Origin: Naegleria gruberi
Taxonomy: Eukaryota
NCBI GenBank assembly: GCA_000004985.1
Contig: GG738911.1
Reading direction: 5' to 3' (one strand)
Length of the DNA: 64,000 nucleotides
Shown here: positions 46,481 to 57,179 of the stretch, in pieces
Numbering within the stretch: the first letter of the stretch is position 1
Layout: each line of letters begins with the position of its first letter
Notes under the pieces: model-generated
The model's input: only the letters and a program-made list of their open reading frames with translations
What the model was told of the DNA's origin: nothing
Databases searched by the model: none
Program-made: the position numbers and the translations under genes

Positions 46481-48670
46481 TTAAAAGTCTTCGTCATTTC
46501 TTGACAAAACAACGTCAGTAATTTGAACTTCGTCGTCATCTTCTACACGATTAGCTGAAGAAGGTTTGGTAAAGTCACTCTTATCATTTGCATCCATTTC
46601 TTTAGCTGATGCACTCAGTTCAGGTTTTCTTTCTTCATTCTTGCCAGGCATTAAGAGGAATGACAGTGAGGCAAAATAGACATAAACAATTCCGTGTAAT
46701 AAGAGGAAAGTCAATGATTGAACATCAGTTCTGAAACCATTGCCAGCAATTGTTAAACCAATGAAACAGGCAGCAACAATGAAACTGAAACTACCAACAA
46801 CTCTAAATCTGGAAGAGTACTTGGCTTTGAGTTTACCAACAGCTCCCATAGCACGGAAAATATAATAAGCCAAATCAATACCCCACAAAACGAGGAAAAC
46901 AATATTAGCGGCAAGTAAATAGGCATAACCAGGAACTGATGAAATGTCAACTGAGGATGGATTGGCAACATTGTAAACTCTACTCCAAATCATCAAAATT
47001 AAGGTCAAAATGTAGCCAATACCAACAATGATAATCTTGGTCAAATAAAAGTTCATAAATGTTCTATCTTGTGGTGCCTTGAATACAGAGTGGAAGAAGA
47101 TCAAGAGATACAACAAGAATCCATAAACAAATGTTACTGAGAGAATAATGTCAACAACTGGGAAACCTTCCCAACCTGTCCACATCATGGCTGGATATAA
47201 TGGATCATGATACCAGAAGTGTAAGAACAACAAGACAACTAACCACTTTTGGGCAGTGTGCCAATTTCTCAATTGTTGTGACCAGAAAGTAACGACAAGG
47301 AAAGCAATCCAATGCAAAATTGACAAAACAGAGAAGGTCATTCTAAAGCCCAATTCGTACATGGAATATTGTGGATTGTTGGATTGCAAACTAGTCTCAA
47401 TAGCATTTTCTAATAAGCCTGAACGGTAAACATTTTCCAAATTCAAAATTGTAAGATTCATCTTGTAATTAGAATATCTAATAACTCTAGAGTGGAAGAG
47501 AGTAATTGCTGAACAACCACCAGATTGAAGAATAGACAAATATCCAGTTTGAGCACAAATCAATTCGTGAGTAGATACAGAATCATCAACATTGTTGACC
47601 ATTGTCCAATCTTCAGAATCAGAATTTCTACCATACATGTGAACTCGGACTTTAAGATCACTCTTTATGGCTGCTCCAAACAAGTCTTTCCCACCATTAA
47701 CAGGATTTAATTTCAGAATATATTTAAACTCCATAGCATAAATACTAATACTATCAAAGGTATCAATAATAGATCGTTTTCCTGTGAAAATTTCTTCCAT
47801 ATATGTTGGTGGTACGACAATTGTACCATTATCAGGTGTAGTACCATTGTTAGGGGCAGGATTGATTGGATCTGTAGAATTGGTTGTGGAATTACTAGTT
47901 CCATTCGTGATGATGGTATCATTACCAATAACAGTTCCATTATTGATAGTGTCATTACCAGAAGTGTAATTATTATTTGTGGTATTACTAATCACTGTAC
48001 TATTATCAATGATCGTATCATTACCAGAGGTGTAATTACCAGATGTATCATTACCATAGGTATAATTACCAGTTGTGGTATTACTAATAGTTGTGTTATC
48101 CACAATAGTATCATTACCACTGATAATTGTGGAATTATCTGTTGATGTGTTGTTGTTGTTCATAGTAGAATTATCTGATGTAGTAGTATTGGTACTGTTA
48201 TCTATGATGGTGTTATTAGAATAATCAGAAGTATTAGAATTAGTAGTACTATTATCAACAATGCTGCCATTATTAACTAGTGTACTATTATCACCACCAA
48301 CAACAATATCTGTCCCATTTGTAGTAGTAGAATTGCCTCCATCAGTAGTAGTGTCTGTGGTGGTACTATTTGTCGAATTATCTTCCACTATTGTATTTTC
48401 TATAGTTAATTCCAAAACTTCATCACGATCCTGTTCAGTAATAAATTTATAATCCTCTACAAGACTATTTGTGGTTGTAACAATGGTAGAACCATTACTA
48501 CTATGCCTCCTTGTTACCGTAACAGAGGCTTCTGGGCTCGCAAACAGAGAAATAATAACAAATAATCCTACAATCAGCAAGACGAGCACTAAAATCAAGA
48601 TGACACTCCATCGCGGAAGACAATCCAATACAAATTCATACCGCTTGGAACGATCTCGGCGAAGATTCAT
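46481..48670 (-). CDS. Type I membrane protein with a mucin-like Thr/Asn-rich ectodomain and a C-terminal 7-transmembrane domain, possibly of the Lung-7TM-receptor (GPR107/TMEM87-like) family.
   Basis: N-terminal signal/anchor 'WSVILILVLVLLIVGLFVIISLFA'. About 250 aa of N-x-T/S sequons. Seven hydrophobic helices in the last roughly 300 aa. The family assignment rests on topology only. Confidence 0.5.
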   Translation of the reverse strand: MNLRRDRSKRYEFVLDCLPRWSVILILVLVLLIVGLFVIISLFASPEASVTVTRRHSSNGSTIVTTTNSLVEDYKFITEQDRDEVLELTIENTIVEDNSTNSTTTDTTTDGGNSTTTNGTDIVVGGDNSTLVNNGSIVDNSTTNSNTSDYSNNTIIDNSTNTTTSDNSTMNNNNTSTDNSTIISGNDTIVDNTTISNTTTGNYTYGNDTSGNYTSGNDTIIDNSTVISNTTNNNYTSGNDTINNGTVIGNDTIITNGTSNSTTNSTDPINPAPNNGTTPDNGTIVVPPTYMEEIFTGKRSIIDTFDSISIYAMEFKYILKLNPVNGGKDLFGAAIKSDLKVRVHMYGRNSDSEDWTMVNNVDDSVSTHELICAQTGYLSILQSGGCSAITLFHSRVIRYSNYKMNLTILNLENVYRSGLLENAIETSLQSNNPQYSMYELGFRMTFSVLSILHWIAFLVVTFWSQQLRNWHTAQKWLVVLLFLHFWYHDPLYPAMMWTGWEGFPVVDIILSVTFVYGFLLYLLIFFHSVFKAPQDRTFMNFYLTKIIIVGIGYILTLILMIWSRVYNVANPSSVDISSVPGYAYLLAANIVFLVLWGIDLAYYIFRAMGAVGKLKAKYSSRFRVVGSFSFIVAACFIGLTIAGNGFRTDVQSLTFLLLHGIVYVYFASLSFLLMPGKNEERKPELSASAKEMDANDKSDFTKPSSANRVEDDDEVQITDVVLSRNDEDF

Positions 48671-48841
48671 TTTTTTTTTAATTTTAAATTTTCTGATTTT
48701 TTTTAATGGATGGCAAACAAAAATAGAATTGACAACTAAAAAGGAGGTGGATGTGTGAAATTGGATGTGAAACTGCTTTTATTGGATTTCTAATTTAATT
48801 GAAGAAAGTAAATGGAATGTAAGTTGAAAAATTGATTGTTT

Positions 48842-51115
48842 TTAAACAATATCATCTTCTTCATTCAAATCATCTTTGAATTTCGAATACTTTTTGAAGA
48901 AACGTTTCTTTTGTGGAATGACATGATCTAGTTCAATATCTGTATCATCAACAGGAGTATTTTCAGGTTCTGGTGTCTTATTCAAATTATCACTCGATTT
49001 GTGAGTTACATGTGAAGCTGAAATCTTGACATTTGAATTTTGATGCTTATTCATATTGTTGAGAATTGGATTCATCCATTCCATATCTTTAGGCAAGAAG
49101 AAGGAATTTTCTTGAATAAACACTTGTGAAATAATTTCAATAAAATCCTTCTTTGTAATCTTGACAAATGTCACATCCTTCACAATACGAACATCATAAT
49201 CTGGAATAAAGGTTTCTCTTGTAAGTGCTCTTTCTCCAATAAAACTCCAAGGTCCCATTTCAGAAGTGAATTTTTCCTCACAAAACACAGCTTCAAGTTT
49301 ACCACTGAATACAAGAGCAAAATAATCACATTCCTTATTCTTTTCAATGAGGAGTAATTCCTCATCAGAGGAGCTCTTCTTAACATCCACAACTGCACAT
49401 TTACCAAGGAGTCTGTGCAAATATTCTTCTGGTAATAGTCTGAAAGTGGCCATACTCTTCCACAAGTAGGAGCCAACAGCAACCACTTGTTTTGGAGTGA
49501 GTCTGTTGGTTCTTTCCAATTTTAGTAACAAACTGGTAGAATTTTGTGGTCTGTTAATCTTGGATTGATTGGTATTATCTACATAGATATCAGTTTCATC
49601 GACAATTTCGTCCTTAATAATTTCCTCAATGATATCTTCAAGAGATACAATACCAACAATAGCATAGTATGGATCACCACCAGTTTCAGATTCTCTTGGT
49701 TCTTGAACAATGGCAATGTGAGTTCTACCAGATTTGAAGGTCTTTAACATTTCATCACAGTAAGTGTCTGGGAAAACTTTGAGAACTTCTCTTCCGTAGA
49801 ATGTCAAAATTGTAGAAATTGGCACACATTCATCAGGGTTGACCAGAATCAAATCTTTCACATAGAGTAAACCAACAACATTATTCTTATCACCCTTGAA
49901 AACAGGAATACGAGAGTGACCAGCTTGCCAAATACTTGTCATTGTGTCCACATCAAGTTGGCTATCAAAATCCAACATGAAAACATTTTCAAATTTGGTC
50001 AAAATTTGACTAACAGGAATTCTAGCAAATTCCAAAGCACCACCCAAAATTTTAGCTTCATGTTCAGTCAAGTGGAAATTAGGATCATGAGCCTTTGAGT
50101 GAATATTAACCAATTCCTTCAATTCAGTTCTCTTATAGAGAGTGCCATGATCAGATCCAAGCATCCAATCCAAAAGTTTACTAATTGGATAAGCAATAAC
50201 AAAAGCAAGTCCAATCAAGAACCAAACCAACCAATATAAAGTACCACCAATAGCCATACCATATCTAGAAATGACAGATTGTGGAATAACCTCACCAAAT
50301 AACAAGACGAAAGTAATACCCAACAAGATGGCAGCCCACTCAGGAACGAGCTTGTCCAAGAAGAGAGGAAGACATTCCACACACAAAGCATTCCACAACA
50401 ACAAGGTAACTAACAACAAGTGATGTCTTTTCAGGATTGGAGCCAAACGAGCAGCATACTTTCTCTCCTTTTCAGTTCCAGTCGATTTGAGAATATCCAA
50501 TTGCATTGTATCAATGGAAAGTAAACCAAGTGTGAAACCAGACATTAAACCAGCACCCAAAATAAAGAACATACTCGCTCCAACATTAATGACAATATCA
50601 TACCAAGGCATATTCAAGATATTTGGTTCTTCTTCTTCTTCGTGGTGGGGAATTGGGGCAGATCCATTATTAGTGTGATTATAGTAATTGGCACAAACTG
50701 AAGGCCAATCAATGGTCATGTTATTACTATTAACAGCACTACTACTGCTGCTGCTAGCAAAAACATGACTAATTCTTCTTCTTGTTGGAACATAACCCTC
50801 AACAACAAACATTGAATGTTGTTCGTAAGAAAAAGTTGCCAAAACAACCAAAATTAAAAGAGCCAACAATAATACGAGTGAAAAACTCCTCTTTTTAATT
50901 GGTGGTGGTGATGGTGGTGGCGGACAATTAGGATTTTCCTTTCTGTTATGATCATCACTTTTACCATGATTGAGTAGTGGAAATGATAATGATAATAACA
51001 TTCTGGATAGTGTTATTACAGAAGGATGGTTGATTCCCTCCTTTTCACTATTCCCAAATTCATCCCTAATGAGCAGGGAAGCATTGTGAGTTGGTTTTTT
51101 GAAGGTTTGTATCAT
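48842..51115 (-). CDS. CNNM/ACDP-family (DUF21-CBS-cNMP-binding) putative divalent-metal (Mg2+) transporter.
   Basis: DUF21 membrane core 'MPWYDIVINVGASMFFILGAGLMSGFTLGLLSID…LLWNALCVECLP…FGEVIPQSV'. CBS pair ('TPEEYL…' region with 'VGIVSLEDIIEEII'). C-terminal cNMP-binding-like segment. The track ORF starts at TTG (51178); the first ATG is at 51115. Confidence 0.7.
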   Translation of the reverse strand: MIQTFKKPTHNASLLIRDEFGNSEKEGINHPSVITLSRMLLSLSFPLLNHGKSDDHNRKENPNCPPPPSPPPIKKRSFSLVLLLALLILVVLATFSYEQHSMFVVEGYVPTRRRISHVFASSSSSSAVNSNNMTIDWPSVCANYYNHTNNGSAPIPHHEEEEEPNILNMPWYDIVINVGASMFFILGAGLMSGFTLGLLSIDTMQLDILKSTGTEKERKYAARLAPILKRHHLLLVTLLLWNALCVECLPLFLDKLVPEWAAILLGITFVLLFGEVIPQSVISRYGMAIGGTLYWLVWFLIGLAFVIAYPISKLLDWMLGSDHGTLYKRTELKELVNIHSKAHDPNFHLTEHEAKILGGALEFARIPVSQILTKFENVFMLDFDSQLDVDTMTSIWQAGHSRIPVFKGDKNNVVGLLYVKDLILVNPDECVPISTILTFYGREVLKVFPDTYCDEMLKTFKSGRTHIAIVQEPRESETGGDPYYAIVGIVSLEDIIEEIIKDEIVDETDIYVDNTNQSKINRPQNSTSLLLKLERTNRLTPKQVVAVGSYLWKSMATFRLLPEEYLHRLLGKCAVVDVKKSSSDEELLLIEKNKECDYFALVFSGKLEAVFCEEKFTSEMGPWSFIGERALTRETFIPDYDVRIVKDVTFVKITKKDFIEIISQVFIQENSFFLPKDMEWMNPILNNMNKHQNSNVKISASHVTHKSSDNLNKTPEPENTPVDDTDIELDHVIPQKKRFFKKYSKFKDDLNEEDDIV

Positions 51116-51371
51116 GCAACAGGCGAGTAAACTTGTGTTCTTTGTGTTGATTGGTAGGCAACAAAAGTAAGCAGACAAGATGTTTTTTTTTTGTTTGTTG
51201 AATCTTTTCTAATATCCAAAGGATTCGTTTTTTGATATTCGAAATGTGAAGATGCAGTAAAATTAATATCTATTTCGTTCCTTGATTGTGAATGACCGAT
51301 TTCGGTAACCTCGCAAGATTTTTACAAAATTTTCAAGATTTTTCTCTCTTCTTCTTGAAAAATTATTGAAC

Positions 51372-53213
51372 TCATTGAATTTCACATTTGGATGTTTTTT
51401 TGGTGGTAATAATTTCCTTGTCATTGGAATTTACATTTTCATTCTTGAAGGTTTGTTTCATTTCAGAGTGTCTTCCACTTGATAGAATGGAGAAGGGAGG
51501 AGTCCTTTCGAATAGAATATAACTTGGATAGCAATAGGTCATGTAAGGCTGATCTGGTTGATGGCTTGCTAGAATATAAAACGAAACATAAATCTTCTCA
51601 TTGGAAAGGAGAATAAATTTCACATTATTCAATCCACCTTCAAATTGGTTCTTATTTTGACAAATTTGTTCAGTAATAGATTGATGAATGGTTTCAGATC
51701 CAGTTTCGGATAAAACTGGAATAAGGTTTCCAGTTGCATTATATATCCTACTGATGTGAATGACACAGTTATGGAGTAGATACTCTTCTATCAAATTAGT
51801 TGATGAGCTACTCGATGAAATTTCTGCATATGAAAACCCTAAATATTTCAGATTAGTCAACTTTTTCAAAGAAATATTTTGGTAGGATGATAAAATAGAT
51901 AAATATTCCAAACTAATCATTTGCTCAATCGGTGATAGATCATCATTTTCACCAGGATAAATAGTTAACTTTCTCAATTGAAGTCCACTAAGAAGTGAAA
52001 TATCAAGAAAATGGATTGAGCGTGCTGTTGTAATGTTCAATTCTTCCAATTCTTTACACTGAAATTCAACATTTGATTGTAATTTGAAATCACACTTATC
52101 CAAAATCAAACTTTTCAATTTCCTAATTCTTGTAAAAAAATCAATTCCACTATTGAAAAAGCAACAAAAACATTTTACAAATTCCAAAGAGGGAAATGAG
52201 TTTGAGGCACCTTCTAAATTTCTCACTCGAAGCAATTCCAATCGTTTAAGGTGATCAAACTTGTTTCCCATTAAGAAATCCTTGTTCAAAAATTGGCAAC
52301 TAATTGGTGGTACTGTGGAATAGGTTCCAATTTTCAATTCCCTTAACGATGGATTCAACAATAGAGGATTAGGAAGTTGATTAATTTCCAATCTTGATAA
52401 GTTACTGATATAATCTAATTGTAATTGATTGACAATGGCTGTGCCCTCAAATCTGAGAAATAATTCTTGGCAATTTGAAGATACATTCCTAAAGAAATCA
52501 ACTAGAAAATTTGGATCCTTTTCAATTTCTTCCAATATTGTTGTTTCGATTGGAATTTCCAATATTAATTTTTGTAATTTCTTCATTTGAAGAATTAACT
52601 TTTCAATTCGTTTCACATGAGCGGATTTGATCTGGCTCTGACTTGATGAAGAGAAATGAGGAACATGGATAGAGAATTCGAATATCTTCAATTGTGTGAA
52701 TTTGGTTTGTTCCAATTCAGTCAAAATCAAATCCAAACTATTATGGAAAGTTGTGAAACCTATTGAAAGTGAGTGCAAATTATTGAAATTGGAAAGGAAT
52801 GAGGATTGTACTGGTATGGGACTATTTAATCCAAAGTAAACGGTCAATTTCAAATTCCACACTAAATTACATTTGCACCTTTCGAATATTTTTGTAATAA
52901 ATTCGAAAGGTTGAATTTCAAACATGTACAAATTAACTGAAATCGTCTCAATTTTTCCAATATTTTCCTCCATAAATTTACTTGAAGATTCAACTGTATT
53001 TTCATCACTTTTCATATCTCGTAGTAATAAATTCGCCTCTCGTATCCAAAAAAAATTCGAATAATTCTTGTGAAAATTAACTTGTTCGAAAGTAATGTAA
53101 TTCTTCACAAATGATAGAAATTTACAAGTTAATCGTAGATTAGACCTTGTATCCCGATCACTGTATCCAAGTATGAGAATGAACATTTCTTTGGGAAGTG
53201 ATAGTAGAGACAT
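51372..53213 (-). CDS. F-box / LRR-like protein (613 aa).
   Basis: N-terminal F-box 'LSLPKEMFILILGYSDRDTRSNLRLTCKFLSFV', then many L-x-x-L-x-L repeats. Divergently paired with the DUF4116 gene at 53259. Confidence 0.6.
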   Translation of the reverse strand: MSLLSLPKEMFILILGYSDRDTRSNLRLTCKFLSFVKNYITFEQVNFHKNYSNFFWIREANLLLRDMKSDENTVESSSKFMEENIGKIETISVNLYMFEIQPFEFITKIFERCKCNLVWNLKLTVYFGLNSPIPVQSSFLSNFNNLHSLSIGFTTFHNSLDLILTELEQTKFTQLKIFEFSIHVPHFSSSSQSQIKSAHVKRIEKLILQMKKLQKLILEIPIETTILEEIEKDPNFLVDFFRNVSSNCQELFLRFEGTAIVNQLQLDYISNLSRLEINQLPNPLLLNPSLRELKIGTYSTVPPISCQFLNKDFLMGNKFDHLKRLELLRVRNLEGASNSFPSLEFVKCFCCFFNSGIDFFTRIRKLKSLILDKCDFKLQSNVEFQCKELEELNITTARSIHFLDISLLSGLQLRKLTIYPGENDDLSPIEQMISLEYLSILSSYQNISLKKLTNLKYLGFSYAEISSSSSSTNLIEEYLLHNCVIHISRIYNATGNLIPVLSETGSETIHQSITEQICQNKNQFEGGLNNVKFILLSNEKIYVSFYILASHQPDQPYMTYCYPSYILFERTPPFSILSSGRHSEMKQTFKNENVNSNDKEIITTKKTSKCEIQ

Positions 53214-53258
53214 TTTTTTCTATTAGAAACTTTACAATTAAACTAATCTCTAAAAAAA
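53214..53258. promoter_or_regulatory. 45-bp bidirectional core promoter between the F-box gene (minus) and the DUF4116 gene (plus).
   Basis: Start codons at 53213 (minus) and 53259 (plus), separated only by 'ttttttctattagaaactttacaattaaactaatctctaaaaaaa'. Confidence 0.45.
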
Positions 53259-55115
53259 ATGCAAATGGATAAAACTGAGTCTATTCACTTGGATCTAACA
53301 ATCGGATCCAATTTACTCATACAAAAATATCATCGAGAGAAGAAACTAATTCGTTTCATCACACAACATTCCACAATTTATTCGAAACTTGTGCCTGATG
53401 ATCTTCCTTTAATCATACAAATCCTCCGAACCAGTGAAGCCTTTCCCGATTTATTTGTTGGTAGATTTAAAGGGAGTGGTATGTTTCGTATATCAACTCC
53501 CAACTTTCCAATACCAGATCAATGGATGAAACACAGACAAGTAGCTCTCTTTCTAGCTAAAAAAGGATTGTTATTTCAACAGGAAACTTTGAATTACGAA
53601 CCCTATCTAACAGATAAAGAAATCATGATGGAGGCATGCTCAAACAACTCTCATTATCTTTCGAATTTTCCACTTGGAACAGATGGAGAATTTATGCGAA
53701 AGTTATGTAAACTGAATGGAACCATGTTGGGCTATGCCAGTAAAGAATTGAAGAAGGATAAGGAATTGGTATTGGAGGCAGTTCGTTCAACACCTGAAGC
53801 TTTCCATTTTTGTGATGAGTCGTTCAATAAGGATAATACAGTTGTATACGAAGCTGCCAAACATGCATCATTTAATATAACCAAAATTGATGGAGAAATG
53901 TTCAATAGGAGGAAGTTTGTTTTGGCACTGATGGAATATCGTCCTGAAATATTTATTCACCTTCCATATGAACTCAAAACAGATCCTAAAGTGTTAAATT
54001 TGGCGCCTTGCAAGAATTTGAAAGTTTTGAGCTTGGTGCCACCTTCCTATCAGAAAGATAGAGATTTTGTGTTGAAATGTGTGAGAAATAATGGTTTGGA
54101 TTTAGAGTTTGCCCATCCATCACTGAGAAAGGACAGGGAAGTTGTTATGGAAGCTGTCAAACAAAATGGACTGGCTCTAGAATTTTCATCTGAAATGTTA
54201 AGAAATCAAGATAGAGAAATAGTTTATGAGGCTGTTAAAAGTAATGGAAATGCAATAGAATTCACTAGTGATCAATTCAAAAGGGATTTAGAACTAGCTC
54301 GGATGGCAGTTATGAAAAACCATGAATCTTTTATGCTTGTGGACAGTTCAATCAAGCAAGATAAGAAACTGATTCAAAGCTTTTTGGAAGAAACTGGTTA
54401 CTACTATTATATTGCATCAAATGAATTGAAAACTTCACTTCATGATACCATTAGAGGGGATAGAGATTTACTGGGATTGGCAATTTTAAAAGACGAAACA
54501 TTACTTGAAGAGCCATTGCCAGATTTTGTGGACGAAGAATTCATGTTAAATGCAGTGAGAAATGGCTTTAGTTTGGACTGTGTTCCTCAGAAATTCAAAC
54601 AAAACGAAGAGATTATTCTCGAATCGATCAGACATGCGAGCATTAATTTCAAATATGTCGATTCTTCTCTAGCTTCCAATAGAGATTTTGTTCTAAAGTG
54701 TGTGAAAGCAAGTGGTTTTGTACTTTTTTACACTGATGAAAAATTCAGAATGGATAGGGAAATAATATTGGAAACATTGAAAGCAACAACTTCAGGATCA
54801 ATTTCATTGGACTGGAGTGAATCTCATCCTTTTAATTCAGATAGAGAAATTTTATTGGAATGTGTGAGAGGAAGTGGTGATCTTCCCTCTCAAGCAGATT
54901 CGAATATTATGAATGACCCTGAATTTATTGTGGAATGTGTAAAAATTGGAAAGGATAGAAACAAAGATATTACCGACTATTTGGAGAAAGTAAGAAATAC
55001 CATATTGAGTAATGAGAGTTTATTCTTGAAACTGGTCAAAATTAATCCCAAAATTGTCGAATCCTTAAATTTAGATTTAGATTTCCTCACCTTGGCTTTC
55101 AACTCTTTAACATGA
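53259..55115 (+). CDS. DUF4116-like repeat protein (618 aa).
   Basis: At least ten tandem repeats, e.g. 'LKKDKELVLEAVRSTPEAFHFCDESFNKDNTVVYEAAKHAS', 'LRKDREVVMEAVKQNGLALEFSSEMLRNQDREIVYEAVKSNGNAIEFTSDQFKRDLELARMAVMKNHESF'. Confidence 0.65.
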   Translation: MQMDKTESIHLDLTIGSNLLIQKYHREKKLIRFITQHSTIYSKLVPDDLPLIIQILRTSEAFPDLFVGRFKGSGMFRISTPNFPIPDQWMKHRQVALFLAKKGLLFQQETLNYEPYLTDKEIMMEACSNNSHYLSNFPLGTDGEFMRKLCKLNGTMLGYASKELKKDKELVLEAVRSTPEAFHFCDESFNKDNTVVYEAAKHASFNITKIDGEMFNRRKFVLALMEYRPEIFIHLPYELKTDPKVLNLAPCKNLKVLSLVPPSYQKDRDFVLKCVRNNGLDLEFAHPSLRKDREVVMEAVKQNGLALEFSSEMLRNQDREIVYEAVKSNGNAIEFTSDQFKRDLELARMAVMKNHESFMLVDSSIKQDKKLIQSFLEETGYYYYIASNELKTSLHDTIRGDRDLLGLAILKDETLLEEPLPDFVDEEFMLNAVRNGFSLDCVPQKFKQNEEIILESIRHASINFKYVDSSLASNRDFVLKCVKASGFVLFYTDEKFRMDREIILETLKATTSGSISLDWSESHPFNSDREILLECVRGSGDLPSQADSNIMNDPEFIVECVKIGKDRNKDITDYLEKVRNTILSNESLFLKLVKINPKIVESLNLDLDFLTLAFNSLT

Positions 55116-55208
55116 TGCATATCAAACACTTTTATTTTCACAAACTCTTGCTGCATGTGTTAAAGTTTTGTAAACCAAAAAGTTTTAATTTTTAAAATTA
55201 AAAAAAAA

Positions 55209-57068
55209 ATGTTGCCAACCTACGCTTCGGAACGGCCAAACCAAGACCTCCACACACGAAGGAATGCACCATTAACAAATTCAATCAATAATTCATCATC
55301 ACGAACGACCGATATGGAAAATCCATCATCTTTGAATTTTCCAACAATTTCTCATCAATTCACATTTAAACAAAAAGTTTTACGAATTGTAAAATTGTTT
55401 GTGTTGATTATTGTGGCAATTGTTGTGTTGCATGTGATGATGCACTATTTGGAGTTTAAATTCTTTAATAATTCGACACATAGAAAGGAACAAATACGAA
55501 TCTATGAGCAAATTACGAATCTATTGACTAATCCGGACCAAACCAAGGAAGGTTCATATGGATGGTATAGAAAACAACTGGATAAGAAGAATCAACTAGG
55601 AAATACACTATTTAAAGATCCAATAATGACTAAATTGGGGTTTCAAGAGACACACACAACGAGTGCTGAATTATTTCCATATTTCAGAACTATTAACACA
55701 ACTGAAGAGTGTAGGAATCAACATTCTTGTAGATTTTATGCAGACAAGACAGCAGGAGAGTTCTTGAAAGAGGGAGTGGAATTGGATGCAGTTTTGCAAC
55801 ATTGTCAATATAAGGATCCATACTTTTTAAATTCTGAAAGTGATGAAGCAAAAATTGTGAATGAATTTCAGTTTAATGTTGTGAATTCGAATATGAATTT
55901 GAGGAGGGAGAAATTGGTTGGAGATGAAGAGGCACTTTTACATCACTCTCATCAGTTGGATAATTTATTTGGTGAAAAGATTTGGAGAGGAATGAGAAGA
56001 TTGTCAATTATCATGTGTAGTGAGGCTCGTGTTCATGAACTCGTTGGTGGAATTACACAACATGCAGATAGCTATTGGTCAAAGCAAAGATTTGCACGTT
56101 CCACAGCCGACATTTCCATTTGCTTCCTTTCCACATGTTCTGTTTGGATCAATTACCATTATCAGGATATGAGTCTTTCCAAGTCAAAGGAATTTGGAAC
56201 TAAACCATTCAAAAAAAATAAGGGAATTTGTGCTTTTATTTCAAATTGTGATCAAGCTGGTTGCACTGATTTGAAACAAAGATTTGAACTCTTGAATACA
56301 CTCTCAAAATACATTCCAGTGAGACAATATGGTAGATGTGGAAAGAATGCACAAGAAGGACCAGGTGGTAAAACATTTGAAATTGAAAATAATTGTCGAT
56401 TCTATTATGCAGCTGAAAATTCAATTGCCAAAGATTATGTTACTGAGAAATTCTTTGAAGGATTGAGAGCTCTCGAGCACGGATCGAAAGTATTAATGCT
56501 CTACAGAGGTGCTCCAAATTTGAGACAAGATTGGGGTATTCCAAAGAGTCTCTACTTGGATCATAATGATTTTGAATCTGTGGATGCATTGGGTCAATAT
56601 TTGAAGAAATTGAATGATGATGATAATGCCTTTGAAGAACGGTTCAGTAAAATTACAATGCAAGAAAGAAAGAAGGTTGATAAGGCACTTGCAGCATTCA
56701 ATCCACGTCTTGGATCAAACATTCCATGTAGAATTTGCAGTGTAATTGGAGAAATGAAATTGGCACGTTATTTACTCTTCAAAATTGGATTAAAGACAAG
56801 TAGAGCTAAGGTCAACCTGAACGAGTGGAATGAATTTAAATCTAAATTCAATCTTTCAGAGGAAAGAGTGAAAATATTGGACGATATTTATCATACTGCC
56901 TATGGAATCTTCCAATCTGCAAACAATAAGGAAAATAGATTTAATTTGGGATGGGATTTCGGGAGGAAGGATGAAGTACAGCACACAGAGGGAGAGGGGG
57001 TTGGTTCTGGTGACAGAAAATTCTCTGGTCTTGTGGTTAAGCGAAATAATAAACGAAAATTACTCTAA
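55209..57068 (+). CDS. Alpha-(1,3)-fucosyltransferase (glycosyltransferase family 10), type II membrane topology.
   Basis: Short N-terminus plus anchor 'VLRIVKLFVLIIVAIVVLHVMM'. GT10 motifs 'ICAFISNC', 'NCRFYYAAENSIAKDYVTEKFFEGL'. Confidence 0.75.
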   Translation: MLPTYASERPNQDLHTRRNAPLTNSINNSSSRTTDMENPSSLNFPTISHQFTFKQKVLRIVKLFVLIIVAIVVLHVMMHYLEFKFFNNSTHRKEQIRIYEQITNLLTNPDQTKEGSYGWYRKQLDKKNQLGNTLFKDPIMTKLGFQETHTTSAELFPYFRTINTTEECRNQHSCRFYADKTAGEFLKEGVELDAVLQHCQYKDPYFLNSESDEAKIVNEFQFNVVNSNMNLRREKLVGDEEALLHHSHQLDNLFGEKIWRGMRRLSIIMCSEARVHELVGGITQHADSYWSKQRFARSTADISICFLSTCSVWINYHYQDMSLSKSKEFGTKPFKKNKGICAFISNCDQAGCTDLKQRFELLNTLSKYIPVRQYGRCGKNAQEGPGGKTFEIENNCRFYYAAENSIAKDYVTEKFFEGLRALEHGSKVLMLYRGAPNLRQDWGIPKSLYLDHNDFESVDALGQYLKKLNDDDNAFEERFSKITMQERKKVDKALAAFNPRLGSNIPCRICSVIGEMKLARYLLFKIGLKTSRAKVNLNEWNEFKSKFNLSEERVKILDDIYHTAYGIFQSANNKENRFNLGWDFGRKDEVQHTEGEGVGSGDRKFSGLVVKRNNKRKLL

Positions 57069-57179
57069 CAAATAAATTGTCCCTATCATGTTCAATGTAA
57101 CAATTTAAAAAGTTATTGACAACAATTTTTCACAGCAATAACTGGAAATTGTAATCAACAAAAAATCATAGAAAAAAAA

